Of a stretch of DNA of 64,000 bases, positions 24,511-38,690 are shown in pieces (the first letter of the stretch is position 1; the number at the start of each line of letters is the position of its first letter). Under the pieces are notes generated by a model that had not been told where the DNA came from, ran no database searches, and worked only from the letters and a program-made list of their open reading frames with translations. A program made the translations under genes and the position numbers. Source of the DNA: Heptranchias perlo (Eukaryota); contig NC_090330.1 in NCBI RefSeq assembly GCF_035084215.1, forward strand, positions 105,834,001 through 105,898,000, written 5' to 3'.

Positions 24511-25964
24511 TCCTTACTGACTTCACACTCTATATTTTTGGTCAAAAATATCTAGGAAAAACAAATTGGTGCCTCACTGTGCCATTGCCTGTGAACACAT
24601 GCTAACTGATAGCCTATGGTCGAGGTTAATGCGACAGTGCCAAACTTGAAAAGCATTGAAAGCATTATAAACATCGTAAAGTTTGAAGTGACCTTTTCCA
24701 AATGACTTTCCATTTTGAGAGTAGTTTCGCATATTTGTTGCCTTGGGCACCTTTAGAGAATTGACTGTCTAGTTATATGAAGGAGTGCAATGTCATCAGA
24801 TGCCCAGTAGGCTTAAAGCTGTTGAAAATCTAGCCTGTGCATCTTACTCTATCAAAACCCGTTTGAGCCCATCCCCAGTGAACTGTAGCATTAATAAAGT
24901 ACCTTGGTCTCATAGCACAGCAGTGCAATTTCCTGCACATTTTGTACCATAATCAGTGAATATATTTTCAGGGAACGGTCACAGGCCATTACCTTTACAA
25001 ATATTGCAGCCACTGTCCTTTAGCACAAGGGATGGCTTTGACATTTGAACATCAACACTGGAAATGAAGACATTTAATATTATCTTAAGGCAGAGGCTGA
25101 AATGGCCTCCTAACTACCGTAAAGAGATTACAGTCAGAAATATTTCCTTGGGACAATAATACTGAGACATATTCATTTATCTGTGAGAAGAAGCTCAATA
25201 AAGTGATCCCTTCTCTGTAGGTGGTAGACAATGCAATTAATTTATTCACAGCATTAAAATGAGTCTAATCTTATGTTAGAGATTTCTGGGAAGCTAACGT
25301 GCCTCATTGCAAGCAGAAAAGCTTTTATCATCCGTAGGTTCTACACTGTAGCCTCTTCAAATAATAATCTGGAAAAAATTGCCATTAAACAAATATTATC
25401 AACAAAAATAAATGTCAACCATTGTCAAGCACTCTGCACTTCAGGGAATGCCACTGTCTAAAGAAGGTCACTGTTCTTCTGTTGTTTTCATTTTCATCTT
25501 TCTATCCCACAAATTTCCAAAAACTAAGATAATTAACAAACATCAGTAAAACAAATTATCTGGTCAGTGCCACATTGCTGTTTGTGGGACCTTGCTGTGC
25601 GCAAATTGGCTGCTGCGTTTCCTACATTACAACAGTGACTACACTTCAAAAGTACTTCACTGGTTGTAAAGCATTTTGGGACGTCCTGAGGTCATGAAAG
25701 GTGTTGTATAAATGCAAGTCTTTCTTCTTTCTTTGCTATACTGCAAATGGGTGGAGGTGGCTTTCATTTCAGATGAAGTGAAAACTAGATCGGAGCAAGC
25801 AGTTAAATCCACATATACACAGATATGAAACAAACAGATCCGTCGGTATTTCAAATGCAAACACCAAGCTCCATTTAAAGTACACTTCTAGTTAAATGCA
25901 CTCATTGTGCTTTGCTGTACTGCAGACCCATTGAATGGTTAACAGAACTGCACTGGATGTGAAA

Positions 25965-26066
25965 TGAAAACAGTAAATGCTGGAAAACGCTCAGCAGGTC
26001 AGGCAGCATCTGCGGCAAGAGAAACAGAGTTAACGTTTCAGGTCGATGACCTTTCGTCAGAACTGG
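25965..26066 (-). mobile_element. Short repeat of a second hammerhead-bearing (probably Penelope-derived) family
   Basis: Hammerhead at 26028-26064 followed on the minus strand by gatgctgcctgacctgctgagcgttttccagcatttactg. Confidence 0.7.
26028..26064 (-). ncRNA. Minimal hammerhead ribozyme motif, family 2
   Basis: AGTT-CTGACGA-A-AGGTC atc GACCT-GAAA-CGTT-AACT. Confidence 0.75.
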
Positions 26067-26699
26067 AAGGTCGTCAACAAATAAATGGTGCAAGTTATTA
26101 GAATTTGAATTCGATGTCACTGAAAAAGTGGTTATTAATCTGCAGCAGGCCAGAAAAAGTCATGAGAGAAGCTGTTCTCACAGATGCTTTTTAAAGAAAC
26201 TAAAACTGGATCTAATTTTTAAAGGCGGAATTGAATTAGGCAAAGGTTTTGTGCATTCTCAGGTTATAGGTGCCTGCAGAGACAAATATTGAGGCCAGCA
26301 CATTTTAAAATACAACAAGGAAGAAATGCTGATGTCTGGTGTAATGGCCAAAGATGCATTTTCTATCCTCAAGGATATGCAATAATAACTGGTTACTTGT
26401 CGGTCCTTGAAAGTTTATTGATAACTTACATTTGGTTCGCTTCACTAATTGTATGTTTAATGAACAACAAACATTCCAAACAATATGGTTATTTCCTTTG
26501 CTTGAATTATATATCATCCTTCTGGCAGTACTTTTACAATGTAGCATTTGAAGCCCTAGATTCTAATATATTAATCGCAGACTGTTCAGTAATTGAGAAA
26601 TGCAAAGTACCCAGTGAAGAGATGTAAAGAATAATCCTTCTTCCAAAGTGAACTGAATTGAGAAACTAGGGAAGAAATTATAAAGGTTTTTCAAATCCA

Positions 26700-27240
26700 C
26701 AACAATTTACATTTATATAATGCCTTTAACAGGGTGCTCCACAGAAGGATAATTAGACAAAAATGGACATCAAGCTAAAGAAGGAGATATTAGGAGGCAT
26801 GACTAAAATCTTGGTCAAAAGGTGTGGGTTTTAAGGAGGGTCTTAAAGGAGGAGAGGGAGATAGAGAGGTGTATGGAGGGAATTCCAGAGCATAGGGCCT
26901 GGATGACTAAGGGCTCGGCTGCCAATTGGTGGGGCAAAGAAAAGGGGGGCAAGGGGTTGCCACAAGAGGCCAGAGTCAGGACAATGCAGAGTTCTTGGGG
27001 AGTTGTAAGGCTGGAGGAGTTCACAGAGATAGGGAGGGATGAGGCCATGAAGGAATTTAAACACAAGGATGAAAATTTGAAATTTAAGTCATTGGGGAAC
27101 TGGTATCACAGAGGTGATGGGTGAGCAGGACTTAGTGTGGGATAGGATATGGCCACAGAATTTTGGATGAAGTGAAGTTTATGGATGGTGGCCATTCAGG
27201 AGAGCATTGTAATAGTCGAGTCTGGAGGTGAAAAAGGCAT
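26700..27240 (-). mobile_element. L2-clade LINE 3' fragment
   Basis: ORF FKFLHGLIPPYLCELLQPY...GPMLWNSL. Confidence 0.8.
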
Positions 27241-27779
27241 TAACTTGGATAAGAACATATAGGTGGCATTCACATCATGTCCCATTGTTAAACACTTCTG
27301 AAAATATTGTGGTACATTGCTCGGTGTAGGTCTTTCCTCAGAAGATACCAGCTAAGGTTAATGAGTAAACGGATGGGCGCCTTGATCACCAAACAGTTGG
27401 GACTCCTTTAAGAATCACTTTCTGCAACTGATAAACAATATCACCTCAATAGGCTAATGAAAATAAACACAACTGTGAATGGTTTGATATATTAATAAGA
27501 TTTAAGGTCCAAAGGGAGTGTACAAATAATCAGCTTTTCATGCAGTTATGCTGGTCTTCCAGCCATCTGATCCTAATTCTATTTAAGATGCAATCTGTTC
27601 CATTAAATATTATGCTTGCTGGTGAATCATTCATTTTCTTGCTGATGGGAATTTAGAGGATATAACGTTTTATAAGGAAACTGGTGGGGCAAAGAGATGA
27701 ATTTAACGCAAACGATTTAATGTACTAATTTATAAAAGGAATAGAATTATATTTTTTATAAAATCCGAGTAAACTACAT

Positions 27780-28531
27780 GGGCATAATTTTATCATGCTG
27801 GCGGGAGGAGAGTGGTGGGGGGGGGCGTGATTTTCGTGTGCGAAACCTGGAAGGGAAGTAGACGGGCTGTGATCGCGGCCAATCAACGCCTCTTCCGGGT
27901 TTCGCGCCCGGCAGAGAGGAGCTACACATCCAGGAGTCGGGGTGGGGGTAGAGAAAGAGAGAGAGAGAGAGATCTCGTCGGCCGTTGAAAGAAAGATCGG
28001 AGATCGTGGGGGGGGCAGCTCCAGGCTACATCGGCAATCAGAGTCAGTGGGGGGGAGGGCGCGTCCAGGCAACATCGAAGGTCAGGGCGGGGGGTGTCCT
28101 GGCAGCATTGGTTTTAAGGTATGTTTGTTAACTTTTTTTTGTAATGGAAAATGTCATTTTATTTAATTTATTTAGTGTATTTTTCACTCGTCCAGCCCTT
28201 CCCGCCTGCTTTCACCAGGTCTGAATCGGAAGCGATGGGAAATCCGCCCAGGTAAAGTTAAAATCAATTTAAGTGTCCAATACACAAAATATAAAGTACC
28301 TTAAGTACCTCAGTGAGGTACATTGCCCCTTTAAGTAATGGCCCGCCGGATTTAAGTGGGGACGGGACTTCCTGGTGACTGCTGTGCACACGCACACAGA
28401 TTTGCCTGAGTCTAATGCAAAAATGGGCGGGTTCCAGCCGGGATGTCTGCCCGCTCCCAAAAACAGCAATTTTGTCTGCCCCCTTCCCCCTGCTCCCAAC
28501 CCATCCGATCTTGGGGGCTAAAATTGAGCCT
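27780..28531 (-). mobile_element. Harbinger-type MITE
   Basis: Imperfect TIRs gggcataatttta / taaaattgagcct; 3-bp TSD CAT at 27777-27779 and 28532-28534. Confidence 0.7.
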
Positions 28532-29128
28532 CATCTATCCAAGTTCTGGTCAGTGAGTGTGGGGTGCCAGTGAATGAATCATTTATTTTTATTTAATATT
28601 TAGAGATATAGAGTATGATCAGAAAATTAGAATAGCAGATGAGTTGAAGATTTGGAGTGAAGATAGAATTTTTAATTATTTGATTTTATAACATTAAATT
28701 TAAGAAAATAAACCTAACAAAATAGGAACGTTTACTTAAAAAGGATTACAAATTAGAATTAGTTTAGTTTTATAAAACAGCAAATAGACAAAAGTAACTC
28801 TTAATTTGTTTTATATTGAAAAAGCTGTTAAAAATAAAAGTCAGAAACTTTATTTAAGCAACATTAAACAGAGAAACTACACCTGATCAAATATAACTTG
28901 TATGTAAAAATGGATTAAAAATAACCATTAGCAACTGAATTTTCTAAAAGAAAATTAAATGGCACAATAATTAAATGACATAATAAAGGTTTTAAAATAA
29001 AGATTACATACTTATTTTCGGGAAGTAACCAGGACCCAGCATCTCAGCAGCCAGCTGCAGATCTGACCTCGCCTGCTTTCACTATATTTCTTTGTTGGAT
29101 GGGTTGATGGCATTGAGAAGTTTACATT

Positions 29129-29902
29129 GGGCCAGATCTTGCTGGAAAAATAACAGCGTGTTAATGATGCTCGCCGTTATTAATGCACAAATCGGCCGGC
29201 GAGTTCAGGGGATTAAGAGATACGCCGTGAGTTGCGGATCTCCAGAATTTGCCGGCCGATTTACGCCGCTCCACCTTTTGCTTCGCACAAACGGCATCTC
29301 GCCCTCAACCTCCCCGTTATTTTGAAGAACTGGCTGCATTTGAACATTAATTGCCCATTAAACTCACCACAGAAATGTAAGTCTGGTAATTAAGAGCGTA
29401 AGTACCCTATTAGTGACATGATAATTATTGATGCAATGCCAATCAACCTCTCTGGCCCAGAAAGGGAACAATTTAAATGGTTCAATCTTATTCCTGCATC
29501 TAGTAAATTATTGTTAGCGCTTTTAAAAATGTCAACTTTAAGAGTTTTACATTTTTTTCATAATTTTTCTTTCTTTCCCTTTTTTCTCTCTCTCTGAATC
29601 CAATTTTTCCTTCCCTCTCTTTATTTCACATTCTGTCCATGATTTGACTCTTATTCACCCTATTTCCTTCTCCAGCTTTCCTCTGTTTCTTTCTCATTCC
29701 TTAAATCTCATTGATTAAGGAGATAGACTGTTGGTCCCATCGTTCACTGAGGTCCCAGATGCCCCGTTCCCCTCACCGCCCCGTTATCAGCTCGCACTTC
29801 CAGCAAGTTAGGGCGCAAAAAATATTCGAGCTGAAGGGTGAGGGAAAAAGTCCAACTAACGACCTATGTTGCGAGATGCCCCAAACCAACAAGATCAGGC
29901 CC
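29129..29902 (+). mobile_element. Harbinger-type MITE (774 bp, uninterrupted copy)
   Basis: TIRs gggccagatcttgct / aacaagatcaggccc; 3-bp TSD ATT; related copies at 38691-42622 and 47724-49821. Confidence 0.85.
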
Positions 29903-30319
29903 ATTGTCTTTGGGGGAGAACAGCGGGTTGTGATGATGGCAGCATGGGCAAGCAGTGCATTATCCATGTGTTGGCAGTGACCCCCCTTGGGAGCTGTGCT
30001 GGTGGGTACTGCAGAATAGGCTGAGAATTCAGAATTCATGGGCTGGGGCTTGGGCGTCGAATACGGTAAGTGAAGTGAAGGGAAGGGCAGAGAGGTAAAG
30101 AGGCCAGGCCCGGACAGTGAATGAAACCCGTGAAGAGAGTAGGCTGAGATTAAAAGGAGCTGGGCAGGGGCAGTGAGCAGAGTGGGTGAAGTGAGTGGAC
30201 AGAAGTGAAATTTCCCTCACAGTGGTCCAAAGAGAGCGTTTTGAAGAGAGCAGTGGGATTCACCTCAGCAAGGCCTGAAGGGAGGTTGGGCCAGGAAGTT
30301 TCAACCACAAGAGGGAGGC

Positions 30320-30685
30320 AGTTCAGGGAGGGAATACCAGACCTTAGGGCCTAGACAGCTGAAGGCACGGCCGCCAATGGTAAGGCAAAGGAAATCGGGG
30401 ATGCGCAAGAGGCCAGAATTGGAGAAGCGCAGAGATCTCGGAGGGTTGTAGGGCTGGAGGAGGTTACGGAGACAGGGAGGGGGAGGCCATGGAGGGATTG
30501 GAGGACAAGGATGAGAATTTTAAAATCGAGGCGTTGCCAGACTGGGAGCCAATGTAGGTCAGCGAGCACAGGGGTGAAGGGTGAACGGGACAGGGTGCGA
30601 GTTAGGATATGGGTAGCAGAGATTTGGATGAGTTCAAGTTTACAGAGGGTGCAAGGTAGGAGGTTGACCAGGAGAGCCTTGGAAC
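30320..30685 (-). mobile_element. L2-clade LINE 3' fragment
   Basis: ORF LADLHWLPVWQRLDFKILILVLQSLHG. Confidence 0.85.
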
Positions 30686-31004
30686 AGGCAGAGAGTGAGA
30701 AATTAAGCCAATTCTAAACTGGCCAACAAAACAACTTTTAAATCAAAACAGATAATGAATTAAATTAAGGAAGAAAGCCATAATATAATGGAAGAATGGG
30801 CTCTGAATTGACCTGTATCTGAGCTGTCAAGCTGGAATGCTAGTTGTGCTCTGGAGCTCCATCTAGTGCTAGAGGTGGACCTGGACTTGCTGGTGTGACT
30901 GAAATCATGACGGCTGATAGCTTCTCACTTAACGATGGGACAAACTATTGAGGGTTCACCTAGATGCAAGATAAGGAATGATGACAGCCAAATGTTGCAT
31001 TTGA

Positions 31005-31345
31005 TAGAATAGATGGGGAGAAACTGTTTCCACTGGCAGGAGCATCGATAACCAGAGGACACAGATTTAAGGTAATTGGCAAAAGTACCAGGTGGGAAAT
31101 GAGGAGATTTTTTTTTTTACGCAGCGAGTTGTTATGGTCTGGAATGCACTGCCCAAAAGGATGGTGGAAGCAGATTCAATAGTAACTTTCAAAAGGGAAT
31201 TGGGAACATACTTGAAAAGGAAAATTTTGCAGGGTTATGGGGAAAGAGCAGGGTCATGGGACTAATTGGATCGCTCTTTCAAAGAGCCAGCACAGGTTTG
31301 ATGGGCCAAATGGCTTCCTTCTATGCTTTACGATTCTATGATTTT
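31005..31345 (+). mobile_element. CR1 LINE 3' fragment
   Basis: gagaaactgtttccactggcagg...aaccagaggacacagatttaaggt...ttctatgatt. Confidence 0.8.
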
Positions 31346-31792
31346 AACATACCTCTAGGTGAACTCCATAAGAGACGTGTATCTATATATAAAATGCAGG
31401 CCATGACATGTGCCAAGGTTAATATATTGTAGCTATGAATTAGTCATTGTGTGGAATGAAATTGTGCTGTGTGATATTAATACTACATCTGCCCAGATGG
31501 ATCGCAACCTATTGGACATATTTGAGGAAGTAACTAAGTTATTGATGAGGGTAATCCAATAGATGTCGTTTACTCATATTTTAAAAGCCTTTCATAAAAT
31601 TTCCCATGTGAGACTAGCTAGAAAGGTCACAGCTCATGAAATAGATGAAAAATTGTTTAGAGGGATTAAAAATTGTCTCAATGACACAAGACAAAAACAT
31701 GTTGATTAATAGAAAATGCTTTGCTGGGGAAAAAGTAATCAATTGTGTTCCATGGGGATCTGTTCTTGAACCTTTTGCCATTCACAATATTA

Positions 31793-31950
31793 CATAGATT
31801 CTACAGCAAAGAAACCAGCCTTTCGATCCAACTGGTCTGTGCCGATGTTTATGCTCCACATGAGCTTCCTCCCATCCTTCTTCATCTCACCCTATCAGCA
31901 TATCCTTCCATTTCTTTCTCCCTCATGTACTTATCTAGCTTCCCCTTAAC
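31793..31950 (-). mobile_element. CR1 3' UTR fragment
   Basis: Similar to 2432-2580. Confidence 0.65.
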
Positions 31951-32479
31951 ATTCGAATATTTATAAGTAACATGTAACAGGATGTCTGCAGTGTTGTTAA
32001 ATAAAGATGGCACAAAGTAACCTGGGTAGGTAATGAGTAAAAGGTGATTGACTATCTTCAGAGAGACTCCGACCAATTAAATTCTTGCGCTAATGGATTT
32101 TTAATATGAATAAATGTAGGATGTTTCATTCAGGATCAGGTAACAGTAAACATGTCTATAACTTGAAAGGGACTCCACCTGGCAGAGGGTGAAAAGGACA
32201 AGGATTTATAAGTGATCATTGATAAATGTGAGTTATATAAACACACACTCACGCAATGAAAATTCTACTTTTGTCACACAAGCCTCATTTACAGCGTTTT
32301 TCATTAATAGTCAACCCTTAGGAATTTAGGGAAAAATCCTTCAATTGCTCCTTAACAAGTCCCTAAAAAGCAAAAACATGGTTAAGACAGTGCCCACACT
32401 TACTTACTCCTAGGGGCAATATAAGGGGTGTGGACAAAAGTTAGAGTTTACCCTATTAATGCTAACTCAAAAAATGACT

Positions 32480-32790
32480 ACAACAACTTGCATATATATG
32501 GCACCTTTAACGTAATAAAACATCCCACAGGAACGGTACCGGACAGAATTTTGACACCGAGCCTTATAAGGAGACAGTGGGACAGGTGATCAAAAGCTTT
32601 TTCAAAGAGGTAGGTTTTAAGGAGTGTCTTAAAGGAGGAGAGAGAGAGGTAGAGAGGCAGAGAGGTTTAGGGAGAGACTTCTAGAGCTCAGGGCCTAGGC
32701 AGCTGAAGGCACGGCCATCAATGGTGGAGCGAAGGAAATCGGGGATGCACAAAAGGCCAGAATTGGAGGAACGCAGAGATCTTGGAGGAT
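32480..32790 (-). mobile_element. L2-clade LINE 3' fragment
   Basis: caacaacttgcatatatatggcacctttaacg tail and gggcctaggcagctgaaggcacggcc body. Confidence 0.8.
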
Positions 32791-33159
32791 TATAGATCTG
32801 GAGGAGGACTATTATCTAATGCATATTTAGCAGATGGACCAGTTGTATCCCATAACGCTCAAACAAATAGAACAAGCGTTTTAAATGTAATGTATTATAC
32901 AGAGCACCCAGACAGTAGTGTGACCTCCAGGGGTTGTGCCAATCCAATCAACTCTCCTTTGAATAGTTACTAACTAAAAGAGTGACGACGTTTTGATGAA
33001 GTTTCACCCCTGAAAAATTTACGGTTTTTATTTTTCAAATGGTGACAGACCTGCTGTGCTTTTACAATATTCTCTGATTAAAGTTCAGATTTGCAACATT
33101 CACAATTTTCTTTGTCTCTCTACCTTCAGAATATATTTCCCATATGTACTTTTTTTTTA

Positions 33160-33585
33160 CCTTTCATGACCTCAGGACGTCCCAAAACACTTTACAGCCA
33201 ATGAAGTACTTTTGAAATGTAATCACTGTTGTAATGTATGAAATGTGGCACTCTGTAAGGTCCCACAAACAGCAATGTGATAATGACCAGATCATCTGTT
33301 TTAGTGATGTTGGTTGAGGAATAAATATTGGCCAGGACACTGGGGAGAACTCCCCTGCTCTTCTTTGAAATAGTGCCATGGGATCTTTCACATCCACCTG
33401 AGAGGGCAGACGGGGCCTCGGTTTTAACGACTCATCCGACAGATGGCATCTCCGACAGCGCAACACTCCCTCAGTGCTGCACTGGGAGTGTCAGCCTAGA
33501 TATTTGTGCTCGAGCCTCTGGAGTGGGACTTGAACCAACAACCTTCTGACTCAAAGGCGAGGGTGCGACCAACTCAGTCACGGCT
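33160..33585 (-). mobile_element. Full-length tRNA-derived Deu-domain SINE (SacSINE1/AmnSINE1-like)
   Basis: tRNA-like head (B box ggttcaagtccc), Deu core ggtggatgtgaaagatcccatggcactatttc..., L2-like tail. Confidence 0.85.
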
Positions 33586-36524
33586 AACAAATTTTTAAAA
33601 AATCAACTAGTAATAAAATTTGAAGTGTTGGGAAGAACAGTTTACGTTCTGGAAAAGTGTCCCGTTCCACGCATAGCGACACTCCAACCTGGGAATTACT
33701 GTGACAGAGGTGATCTTCTGAAACCTTAATACATATGTGTCAAATTGCTCTCCCTGCTATTTTAATGGTGGTGTTAACCCATTTATTTGAACTGGCTTAA
33801 TCCTCCATTGAAGTAGCAGAGAGAGGAATTTGGTATGAACATGTCTGTGCGATGACAATAATTTCCAGGCTATGTGTTCTAAGATTTGTTTAACTCTGCC
33901 TGTAATTAGTATGAATATTTTCTAAGCAGCTAATCAAATGGTAAACTGCTCGATTAAAAAAAAATACTGTTATATTTTTCCTCCATAAATAAAAAAAAAC
34001 AATGAAATATTCCCTTCTACTCTTGCCAAAACGTGCCCAGAAATTGCCATTAACAATAAATTTGATATACAGATTCAGTAGAAACACTAGGGCCTAAATG
34101 GCTTTCTTGCTCTCAATGCACAATAATATCCTTTTTATCACTGTGTTTATGTTATTTTAAGTGTACAGGAACCTTGTGTCTATTGTGATAAGCTTACTTA
34201 TGAAATAGTCTTCGTATTACACTAAATTAGTCATATAATTTGTGTGGGAAATTGAAGTTCAAAGAGTGCCTCTGTGAATTCCAAACCTACTGGTACATTT
34301 TCCACAGTACTAATGATTTTCATTAAATTCTCAGCAGATAAAATCCATCTCAAAAACTAATAATCTCCTTAAATCCACTGAGCCACAAATTGCTCATTAG
34401 AGTAAATTTTCAAAGATCATTACCTTTGTCATAGATTTCAGTTCCCAATTTTCCAAATCTTCCATTCTAATAGAACCTTTAATAAGAATGGGTCGGCTGA
34501 TACAAATGGCTGGTTCTCATAATGTGTGAATAAACAACACATTCACTTACTGCAATAAGTCATTATCCAATATCGATAAATCCATCTAATGTGTTGCCTG
34601 CTACTGTTAATGTTTCCTGATGGTGGTTAACATTTCCTTCAAGATATTGCAAGAATTTTCTGAGGGAATAGGATCTGAATTACGTTTGTGAAAAGATTGA
34701 AGTCCCATTACAAATCACCCATGGTGAAAAAACAAAATGCAATCATGCACTGAAAAAAAATAAACACAATTGTGTTTGGGTGACCAATGGAAGTAGGTTA
34801 TGTCATGGGTCTTGTGACTAGCCTTGCATTGAGTTCCTGATTTGGGACATCTCGGGGAGGCTACATTCTTGTCCAAAGGGGTGGGTGCAGAAAGGGAGGA
34901 AAAGAATTTGTCATGTGTCGGAGGAGAATGTCTAGGCTGAGGAATAGCATGTGGCAGGAAGAAGACTTAAAAGAGGGGGAAAAAATGGCTAACAAATGAG
35001 GCATTCAAATGATATTTAAAATTTGGAGAAAGCAGATACATACCTACATGAGAGCTTTAAAATGATCAGAGTGTACAATTTGTTTTGCAGATCTTGTTGA
35101 ATGCAGTGAAATTTCTTCTTCAGTCATTATGGAATTCATTTATGCTCATAACTTGAAAATTACATAATTGCATCAAGAACTGCTCTTATTTCTGTAAACT
35201 GTAGGACAACGAAGGCTTTTCCATCACAGTTCACTTTACTGCATATTATTAGGTTGGAATGTGCAATATTATGTTCAACTAGAAATAAATACCTGCAACA
35301 AGTAAAAACAATTAAATAATTGGTGAGATGTATGAAGCAGTATTTAATATGACTTGTATCACATCAGTAACTGCAAAGAAGGGATTGTTGCACGTCTCCA
35401 AACCAACATATCTTGAGAAATCATCTCAAAGAAATGTTCTTACAATTTCACTAAATTTAACAAGGGTAAGCTTTAACAATGAAACTAAGAGGGTTTTCAT
35501 TCATTCAAAGCTTCTTAGGATTCTCCGTGCATAATATATTTGATCAGATATGAGGAATCTAGACATTTCCAGCATGGTTAGAATCAGTTATAATGTGGGG
35601 AGTTAACACCAGTGTCTTTAGTTTGGGACATGCATAAGCTACTGCTTGATGACTTTAGTTTCCATTCTTGTCGTTAGTTAAATTTGTGTTCATTCAGTAT
35701 CAACATGATCTGCTGTGCGGTTCAGTTATTGATCTCTATGCTTTGACATTTTTCTTACAACCATGTACTTGCAGTGAGCTACTGCCTTAGCAGAGCTACA
35801 TGGGGCAGGATCTTGGCCCAGGGACTCATGTGTGACCTTGTATTCAACATCCACTTTCTCATAATCATCCTCATCATCATAGTCCACCAGAACTGATTTA
35901 TTTTCTCCTGCTCGTCATCATCATCTTTCTCCTCTTCGTTATCCTCTGCCTCCTCCCCCTCCCCCTTGTTGCTGTGATGGATTTGCAGGGAATGGGTAAG
36001 CATGGCCTCCCTGGGATTAAGGAGACAGAGAAGGATGTGTAAGGTTCTGGTTGTCCGCTGCTTCACAGGGATGCCCTGGCAACTGTCTAGTTGTGTGCCC
36101 ACTAACCTGTTGCCTGTATTACCCCATCAATCTTGCCGTCCCCTACGGCAAGAGCAGACTGCCTTCCTAGCAGTTTGATGGCTTGCTCTTTATAAGACGG
36201 TCATCTACCCTCTGATTCCCTATCTTTCACAGGCATCATCTGCAAATTCCTCCTGTAACAAAATTGAGGGAATTGGGTTAACAGTTGAGGGATGTCTCCT
36301 AGATGACATCAAACAGATGGTTTCACCCTGTTCAAGTGAAGGAAGAAGTCTTAAACTTCTGCATACAGGGAATTGTTGTTAAGAAAGTAGTAACACATAT
36401 TTTAACATCCTGAGTTAGTGACCCCCTTAACCACAAAGCAGTGTGAAGGGTAAATTATGCAGCTATTAATTTTAGATTAAGAGTGAATTGGTGCCCAAGG
36501 AAGAAATAGGACAATGGCTGCTCT

Positions 36525-36790
36525 TCTACCTTACTTGTCCTTATCAGTCGTTGAACTTTTTACAGCACTGATCTGCAGCTCTGATGGTGAGAGAGGTGGC
36601 ACTCAGTGCGACTGCCACTTCCCTCCATATTGCATTTCTGAGGTCTTCGTCCCTTGGGAATTCAGCAGTCTCTCTCCCCTTTTCTGCATCTCATTCAGGA
36701 AGGTCAGTCTTATTCAAATTGTGTGCACCTCTTTCCTGCCTCCTTCCGATGCACTTCTTCTTTCCTCGGGTGCCTCTGTTAGGGAATGGA
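36525..36790 (-). pseudogene. Harbinger Myb/SANT-like (trihelix) gene remnant
   Basis: Manual translation RNAIWREVAVALSATSLTIRAADQCCKKFND followed (after a frameshift) by K and a GT donor; acidic segment downstream at ~35850-35970. Confidence 0.65.
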
Positions 36791-37480
36791 TGTTCTTACT
36801 TATAAATCGATAAGTTATTCCACAAGATAATAGGGTTCGAAGACATTTATTGGCTTTCATAGGAAATAAGTATACAATGATAACCATTATTACCAATAAC
36901 CACACATATACAATGATAATTACACATATGCTTGAGACATTTACGGTACCAGGTACCGGAGAATGTATCACGTCACAGGTTTTGAGCTCAAGGGGATCGG
37001 CTGGCCAAGCCTTGTCGAATTCTGAAGTATCTATTCTAACATTCCTTTTTGTACACCTTTCTTTCACTCTGGCTACACGAGAAACTGCGTGTTTCAAAGT
37101 ATTATCTCATCTAATTAGCTGGACTTCATTTTCAACTCTCCAAGCCTGACTCACACTCCCTAATTTTCCAGATTTATGGCAGGTGCCTTTTCAAGGCTGG
37201 AGCTAACAGAGACAGTTTATCAGCCCTCACCTTATCAGCTAAAATACTGTCTGACTGGAATCCCTTTTACTAACTGAACATTGCTAACAGAAATTCACTT
37301 AAAAGCTAAAGTTAATATAAAGAATTTAACCGTTTCATTACACCTCCAGTTGCAGACACATTTTAAAAGTGTCACTAAATCTCACGAGCTGTCTATCATA
37401 TATACCTGAAAGTTATCCCAGTTTTGCAAAATGTTCACTTCTTATCTGTTGCTCGCCTAGCCTGCTGCCACAATCTTCAC

Positions 37481-37700
37481 TGATAAATCCAATAAGGAAT
37501 TCAGGAGAAAGATCTTTACTCAGAGACTGGTTAGAATGTGGAACTCGTTACCACAAGGAGTGGTTGAGGCCAAATAGCATAGATGCATTTAAGGGGAAGC
37601 TGGATAAGCACATGAGGGGGAAAGGAATAGCAGGATATGCTGATAGGGTGAGACGAAATAAGGTCGGAGGAGGCCCGTGTGGAGCATAAACATCGGCACA
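37481..37700 (+). mobile_element. CR1 LINE 3' fragment
   Basis: SIDAFKGKLDKHMRGKGIAGYADRV and CR1 3' UTR. Confidence 0.8.
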
Positions 37701-38690
37701 GACCAGATGTGCAACACAATTTTCCAACCAAGGAAATGAATGGTTGGAAAATCATGTACAGCGTGCTGTCGAATTTCCAACACGCGTTGTCAGTGGATAA
37801 TACTCCCCACTGGGAACATGAAGTGAGAAAATTACCCTTGTCTATTTTTATGAATATGTGTTGACAAAACACACCAAATTAATAACGTCTTGCTTGGGCA
37901 CACTGTGCATTGCTCTATATTGTAATAATGAGTTTGACAGCCCTTCAACACCTACCCCTAACAATCTCTCACACAGCACCACAGATGTTTCTGTCCAGTA
38001 CCCTTTGATGTTGGGACCTTGTGTTTTGATAGCAGAAATGCAGCAGAATTTCTAATTCTGGCAGCAGCAGAACAGGGTGTGATTTTTCTCACTTACGATT
38101 TCTGACAAGCGGTAAGATCACAAAACGAGGATTACAGTATCTGTTCCACCAAAGTAAACCTATTCGGGTCCGCAGCAGTGTTCCTGGAAGCAAAACAACA
38201 GAGAGAACTGTTCACAGGCTCTCCCACTGACTGATAGAAGCATTGGGAAAGTGAAAAGAGCACACATGCAAATGTCACTGTGAACCATTAGTGCAAACTG
38301 TGCTGAAAACTTTAAAAACAGCAAATACTGAAAACACACAGCAGGCCAGTTAGCATGTGTAAAATCAAAAGACGTGTTGTGAGTGTGCAATCCTTCATGA
38401 GGACTGAAAACTGTAAGATTCCGATGAAGGATTACACCCACAGCGTTAGCTTGTCTTTTCTTTTTACAATTGCTGATGCATTTTTCTGTTTTTGTTTCAG
38501 ATTACCAGTATTTGCAAGCTTTTTTTTTCTCTCACTTTTATTCATGCCGAAGACGTTGCCTCCTTTCATTTCTAGAAGGCACATGTAAGACATATTATTT
38601 ATTGGTGGGCAAGAGAAGCAGTTGAGTGATTCAGTTGACAGCTTCCAAAGAAATATACACGGAAACCCAATAGAAAAAAGAAAATTATAT

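Noticed and set aside
33500-33585. tRNA genes at Deu-SINE heads (also ~46930-47002, ~45310-45385, ~50710-50790)
   Set aside because: They continue directly into SINE bodies.
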